The notes under the pieces are model-generated. The model had not been told where the DNA came from. It saw only the letters and a program-made list of their open reading frames with translations, and did no database searches. This document shows, one piece after another, positions 59,809 to 64,000 of a stretch of DNA of 64,000 bases. Positions within the stretch are counted from its first letter, which is position 1, and every line of letters starts with the position of its first letter. The DNA is taken from contig CBDCDT010000002.1 of assembly GCA_965215445.1 (NCBI GenBank), positions 1,253,260 to 1,317,259 on the forward strand, given 5' to 3'. Made by a program: the position numbers and the translations under genes. The stretch comes from Bacteriovoracaceae bacterium (lineage in GTDB: Bacteria; Bdellovibrionota; Bacteriovoracia; Bacteriovoracales; Bacteriovoracaceae).

Positions 59809-61059
59809 ATGGATGCACGAGAAGAATTTAATTTTTTAAACGGCGAGTTATGGCCCAAGTACACCCACGACCGCTACGTTCCTTTGGAAGATATAAAATA
59901 CCGGCTGGAAAACCTTGGTATCTCTCACAATGATTGGCCCGAATTAAAACGCAAAATTCAGACTTTGAGAAAAATGGGGGCCATCCCTTTTTTCTTGAGG
60001 TCGATTGATAAAAAATTTTGGTACTTTCCGTCAGACTCTATTAATAAAAAAATTCATCTCGTTGAAAGCTTGGGGAACAAGCTCTACCAGAAAATAGAGG
60101 CCTATAGTTCTCTTAAAAAGGGGTTTTTGGCCAATTCCAACGTGGAAGAAGCGATCACCTCCGCTATTTATGAAGGTGCCAATAGTACGCGCGCAAAAGC
60201 AAAAGCTTTTCTTGCCTCTCAAAACCGACCTAAAAATAAAGATGAGTTAATGCTCGTCAACAATCACCGGGCCATGTGCTGGATTAAGGAACATTCCACA
60301 GAACCAGTTTCAAATCAACTCATTCTTACAATACACAGAATTGTATCTCAAAGTGTTCTTCGAGGAGACGATGCCAATTTTTGTGGAAAATTTAGAGATG
60401 CGCCTGTTTACGTTGGAAAGCATGAAGGAATTTATCACACAAAAATAGAAGAAACGCTCAACGAAGTAATTGAGATTATCAGTCATCACTCGAGGTTTCT
60501 TCACGGTTTGATTAAAGGCATTTTGCTTCATTACTTTATTGCTTATATTCATCCTTTCTTTGATGGAAATGGCAGAACTGCAAGAACGCTCTTTTATTTT
60601 GAAATGATAAAAAATAACCTTAAATTTGTTGAATTACTGGCCATTTCTGCAAACCTCAAAGAACACGGAAAGAGATACGAAAAGTCATTTGAACTGGTCA
60701 AAGAGCATGAATGGGATATGACTTTTTTTATTGATTTTTGTCTCGATTCATTACTTATGGCGCTGGAAAAGGCCGAAAGGAAAGTGAACTTTTTAATAAG
60801 CTTTTCTAAATTTAAAGATTTAATGGGAATTAATTCAAGTCAGGTTCTGCTTCTTCAGCGTATGGCATTGAACAAACATAGTTTTATAACCATAGAGAAG
60901 TATGCTGGTGATATTGGCAAATCTCGCGAAATTGCCAGAAGAGAACTCAAAGGTTTATTGAAAAAAAGTTTGCTTAGAGAAAAAAAGAAAGGGAAAAAGT
61001 TTATTTACTTTATTGAGAGCAAAAAAATTAAAGCATTATTGGGTATAAAAAAGGCCTAA
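59809..61059 (+). CDS. Fic-family protein (AMPylase-type) with a C-terminal winged-helix-like region
   Basis: Canonical Fic motif [12 protein letters not shown] (HxFx[D/E]GNGRxxR). 416 aa, AT-rich. Confidence 0.9.
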   Translation: MDAREEFNFLNGELWPKYTHDRYVPLEDIKYRLENLGISHNDWPELKRKIQTLRKMGAIPFFLRSIDKKFWYFPSDSINKKIHLVESLGNKLYQKIEAYSSLKKGFLANSNVEEAITSAIYEGANSTRAKAKAFLASQNRPKNKDELMLVNNHRAMCWIKEHSTEPVSNQLILTIHRIVSQSVLRGDDANFCGKFRDAPVYVGKHEGIYHTKIEETLNEVIEIISHHSRFLHGLIKGILLHYFIAYIHPFFDGNGRTARTLFYFEMIKNNLKFVELLAISANLKEHGKRYEKSFELVKEHEWDMTFFIDFCLDSLLMALEKAERKVNFLISFSKFKDLMGINSSQVLLLQRMALNKHSFITIEKYAGDIGKSREIARRELKGLLKKSLLREKKKGKKFIYFIESKKIKALLGIKKA

Positions 61060-61610
61060 TCGGCCGCAGTGTCGAGGTTGAGAGATACGGAATTGATGCA
61101 ATACCTGAGTCCTGTGGGTTTTGGCCCGTCTTTGAAGACGTGTCCGAGATGGGCCTTGCAGCGACGGCAGGTCACTTCAGTTCTGGTCATGCCGAGGGAG
61201 TGGTCGGGAACTTCTTCGATATTGCCTTGGGAAATCGGTGAGTGAAAACTCGGCCAGCCCGTGCCCGAATCAAATTTGGTACTGGCATCAAACAGGGGAA
61301 GGCCGCAGTTGCTGCAAAGAAATTTTCCCTCACCTTTATAGTCATCATATTTCCCGGTAAAGGCCCGTTCGGTTCCCTTTTTTCTGGTCACTTTATACTG
61401 CATGGGAGTGAGAACTTTTTTCCAATAGGTGTCGTCTTTTGCCGTCCAATCTACTCTTTCGGCATCAATTCCCTGAAGATGGGGGGAAAGTTCTGGAGCG
61501 CCTTTGTCGCCGGCATCTGACCTGAAAATATTAAACACACACCCTCCCGTAAGAGCGATTATTATGGTTAAAGAGATGGCCCATGTTATAGCATTTTTTT
61601 TCAACATCAA
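61056..61610 (-). CDS. msrB: Peptide-methionine (R)-S-oxide reductase MsrB with an N-terminal membrane/signal anchor
   Basis: [16 protein letters not shown], and [16 protein letters not shown] (CxxC x2 plus the catalytic region). Confidence 0.9.
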   Translation of the reverse strand: MMLKKNAITWAISLTIIIALTGGCVFNIFRSDAGDKGAPELSPHLQGIDAERVDWTAKDDTYWKKVLTPMQYKVTRKKGTERAFTGKYDDYKGEGKFLCSNCGLPLFDASTKFDSGTGWPSFHSPISQGNIEEVPDHSLGMTRTEVTCRRCKAHLGHVFKDGPKPTGLRYCINSVSLNLDTAAD

Positions 61611-61621
61611 AAAGCATTATC

Positions 61622-62167
61622 TCATACTTTCTGAGTTTCCCGAAGTTTTTTATAAATTTTTACCGTGGCAAATAATATAAAAGCGACCAAAGCAAACGCC
61701 AGCAAGGCATACCCCAAGGAGAAAGTCCTTTTAAACACCGCCAGGAAGACAATGAAAAGCAAAAAGAGCACGGGAACTTCGTTCCAAAGCCTTAACTGCT
61801 CGGAAGTCCAGAAGATAACTCCATTTTGCAGTTGTCGGTTAATTCTTCCCAAAGAGAGGTGGTAGAAAAAGAGCAATAAGACCAGACCCAACTTGGCCAG
61901 TGGCCAGCCGGCGATGGTCGAGGGTTCCCATTGTACTAGGAGTCCCACGCCAAAACCCATCGCCAGAATACAACTGGGCCAGGTAATTCCATACCAAAGT
62001 CTATTTTGCATTACTTTAAATTGCCCTTGCAAAATCGAGCGTTCATGGGAAGGGCGCGCTTGTGCCTCTACAAAGTAGACGAAAAGACGTGGCAAATAAA
62101 AGAGTCCGGCAAACCAGGTAATCACGAAGATGAGGTGCAAGGCCTTGCCTGCCAAATAGAAATCCAT
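61622..62167 (-). CDS. hemJ: Protoporphyrinogen IX oxidase HemJ
   Basis: KALHLIFVITWFAGLFYLPRLFVY is the HemJ N-terminal signature. There are four or five TM helices. Confidence 0.85.
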   Translation of the reverse strand: MDFYLAGKALHLIFVITWFAGLFYLPRLFVYFVEAQARPSHERSILQGQFKVMQNRLWYGITWPSCILAMGFGVGLLVQWEPSTIAGWPLAKLGLVLLLFFYHLSLGRINRQLQNGVIFWTSEQLRLWNEVPVLFLLFIVFLAVFKRTFSLGYALLAFALVAFILFATVKIYKKLRETQKV

Positions 62168-62176
62168 GAAGGAAAG

Positions 62177-63769
62177 TTACCCTTTATAGAGAGGGGCACC
62201 TCCCATGTGAGCATGGTAAAAATCGCCAAATTTTTGCATTTGTTGGTGGAAACTGGTGGCCAATTTGCGTGCTTCAGTCTGGTAGGCATTGGGGTCGGGC
62301 CAACTGTCCTGCGGGTGGAGAAAAGAAGTGGGAACATTTCTTACCGCATGGGGAACTTCAAATCCAAAAATGGGGTCGGTTTCCGTCGGTACCATATTGA
62401 GGGTATTTTTCTGTACTGTTCTTATAATCTGGCGGGTGACATTGAGGGGAAAACGCTGGCCCTCTCCGTAGGCCCCACCCGTCCAGCCGGTGTTGATAAG
62501 CCAGACGTTGACGTTGTACTGATTTAAATACCGGCCCAAAAGTTCGGCGTAAACGCTGGGATGTCTCAACATAAAGGGAGCACCAAAGCAAGGAGAAAAA
62601 GTCGTCTGGGGTCGCTTGATGCCAATTTCGGTTCCGGCCACTTTGGCGGTATAACCCAAGACAAAATAAAACATCGCCTGTTCTTTGGAGAGCTTGGCCA
62701 GGGGAGGAAGGATGCCGAAGGCATCGGCACTTAAAAAGAAAATGTGGCGGGGAACTTCTCCTTGAGAAGATGGCTCCAGTTCGTCGATAAAATCGAGAGG
62801 GTAGGAGCAGCGGCCGTTTTCTGTAATGGTGTCGTTGTAGTAATCGGGCTCTCCCGTTTTTTCCGTCAAAACCACATTTTCCAACATGGCCCCAAAAGTA
62901 GTAGCGGCCTTGAAAATTTCCGGCTCTCCCGTGCGCGAAAGTTTATAAGTTTTGGCGTAACACCCTCCTTCAAAATTAAAAACGCCCTCTCCAGAGAGTC
63001 CGTGCTCATCGTCGCCGATTAAATAGGTTCCCTGGTCGGTAGACAGTGTCGTTTTGCCCGTTCCCGAAAGGCCGAAAAAAACCGAAGTTTGTCCGTTGTC
63101 GAGCCGGTTGGCCCCGGCATGCATGGGAAGAATATTTTTTTCGGGAAGCAGGTAGTTCATCACACAAAACATACTCTTTTTGATCTCGCCAGCGTAGAGA
63201 GTTCCCACAATAATCGTCGTTTTGGTATCAAAGCAAGTGGTAATCACCGTCCCGGTTTTGACTCCAAAATGCTGGGGATCAATCTCCAGTTCGGGAGCGT
63301 GGAGAATGGTAAAGTCGTCCTGATTGTCGCTCCATTTATGCAACAAATGGCGGAAGAGATATTTGGAAAAGAGCGAATGTTGAGGGTGAGTGGTAATCAG
63401 ACGGACGCCGATATTGTGTTGTGGGCAGGCGCCTACACTTCTCTCGGTAATATACAGATGTTGGCCGTCATTTAAGTATTGAATCACTCGAGTTTTAAGT
63501 TTTTCAAAATGTTCGGGAGTCATTTTGTGGATGGAATTTTCCCACCAGACTTTTCCCTCGGTGGAAGGGGAGCAAACGATATATTTGTCTTTCGCTGAGC
63601 GCCCGGTATGTTCCCCCGTTTTTACGACCAAGGCCCCGTTTTTACTCAATCTTCCCTGGCCCCTGGAAACGGCATCTTCGACCAAAGTGTTGAGAGGGGA
63701 ATCAAAAAAGAAGCGTTGATTTTTTTGGTCAAGTTTCAATCCCAAGCTTTCATAAAGGGCGTGATCCAT
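62177..63769 (-). CDS. pckA: Phosphoenolpyruvate carboxykinase (ATP)
   Basis: TGRSAKDKYIV, the kinase-1a motif FFGLSGTGKTTLS, GDDEHG, and the NTGWTGG motif. The start is taken at ATG 63769 (MDHALYESLGL) rather than the upstream TTG at 63856. Confidence 0.93.
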   Translation of the reverse strand: MDHALYESLGLKLDQKNQRFFFDSPLNTLVEDAVSRGQGRLSKNGALVVKTGEHTGRSAKDKYIVCSPSTEGKVWWENSIHKMTPEHFEKLKTRVIQYLNDGQHLYITERSVGACPQHNIGVRLITTHPQHSLFSKYLFRHLLHKWSDNQDDFTILHAPELEIDPQHFGVKTGTVITTCFDTKTTIIVGTLYAGEIKKSMFCVMNYLLPEKNILPMHAGANRLDNGQTSVFFGLSGTGKTTLSTDQGTYLIGDDEHGLSGEGVFNFEGGCYAKTYKLSRTGEPEIFKAATTFGAMLENVVLTEKTGEPDYYNDTITENGRCSYPLDFIDELEPSSQGEVPRHIFFLSADAFGILPPLAKLSKEQAMFYFVLGYTAKVAGTEIGIKRPQTTFSPCFGAPFMLRHPSVYAELLGRYLNQYNVNVWLINTGWTGGAYGEGQRFPLNVTRQIIRTVQKNTLNMVPTETDPIFGFEVPHAVRNVPTSFLHPQDSWPDPNAYQTEARKLATSFHQQMQKFGDFYHAHMGGAPLYKG

Positions 63770-64000
63770 AGGGGCATCTCCAGTTAAGATTTCAAGACAA
63801 GACTTATTGCACAAAAACCATGGGGCATTATAACTCTTTTTTGAAGAAAGTGCCAATAATGCCCACTCCCGAGCTTTTCAGGGGGGGTATATTTTGACCA
63901 GTAGGTGCTTTTCCCGCTCTTTTTTTAAAGCAGAAGACACGACGGGTCGATAGTTTGGTTGACCAAATTGGAAGACTCGCGGGAGGAAAGCATGGATATC

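Noticed and set aside
59611-61050. ATTATTGG present on both sides of the fic segment, as a possible target-site duplication
   Set aside because: It is only 8 bp in AT-rich DNA, so a chance match is likely. This contrasts with the 18-bp repeat flanking hicAB, which continues the interrupted reading frame.

Overview
This is a 64-kb chromosomal segment of a diderm bacterium. Evidence for that: OMP-like beta-barrels, a secretin, an Flp pilin, lipoproteins, many GTG/TTG starts, and about half G+C by eye. The gene content would fit a Bdellovibrionota or deltaproteobacteria-like lineage, but I cannot assign taxonomy from sequence alone.

The housekeeping backbone contains tRNA-Asp, a TauE-family exporter, an acyl-CoA dehydrogenase, a long eukaryote-like (type 2) ileS, fabI/fabZ/fabG, ruvCAB, dCMP deaminase, sixA, sufE, hemB, ettA, cmoA, a manC-like gene, a murG-family gene, a MazG-like gene, msrB, hemJ and pckA.

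Several compact, visibly AT-richer accessory cassettes are wedged into this backbone:
- a 5'-truncated giant coiled-coil polymorphic toxin ending in a RES domain, with a tightly abutted immunity gene and a frameshifted NUDIX gene, next to tRNA-Asp
- hipBA, with three E. coli-type TATCC-N8-GGATA operators laid over its promoter
- a divergent higBA-like pair whose toxin carries an in-frame TGA
- a hicAB cassette inserted into the 3' end of the dCMP deaminase gene, bracketed by an 18-bp direct repeat
- an AAA_14/DUF4143 ATPase preceded by a duplicated ~40-bp element
- a Fic gene behind a repeat-rich AT-rich leader

Other unusual items:
- a five-gene tandem array of a novel-looking OMP-like family, duplicated with its own promoters and terminators
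- a 900-aa secreted protein built from about 8.5 copies of a ~78-aa helical repeat
- a CrtI-like flavoenzyme translationally coupled to fabG-fabZ(-fabI)
- a compact Flp/Tad operon with no TadB/TadC platform genes
- a coiled-coil/alpha-crystallin fusion

I saw no rRNA, CRISPR array, transposase or integrase. Motif-level coordinates were counted by hand and cross-checked against ORF-track anchors; they may be off by 1-2 nt.
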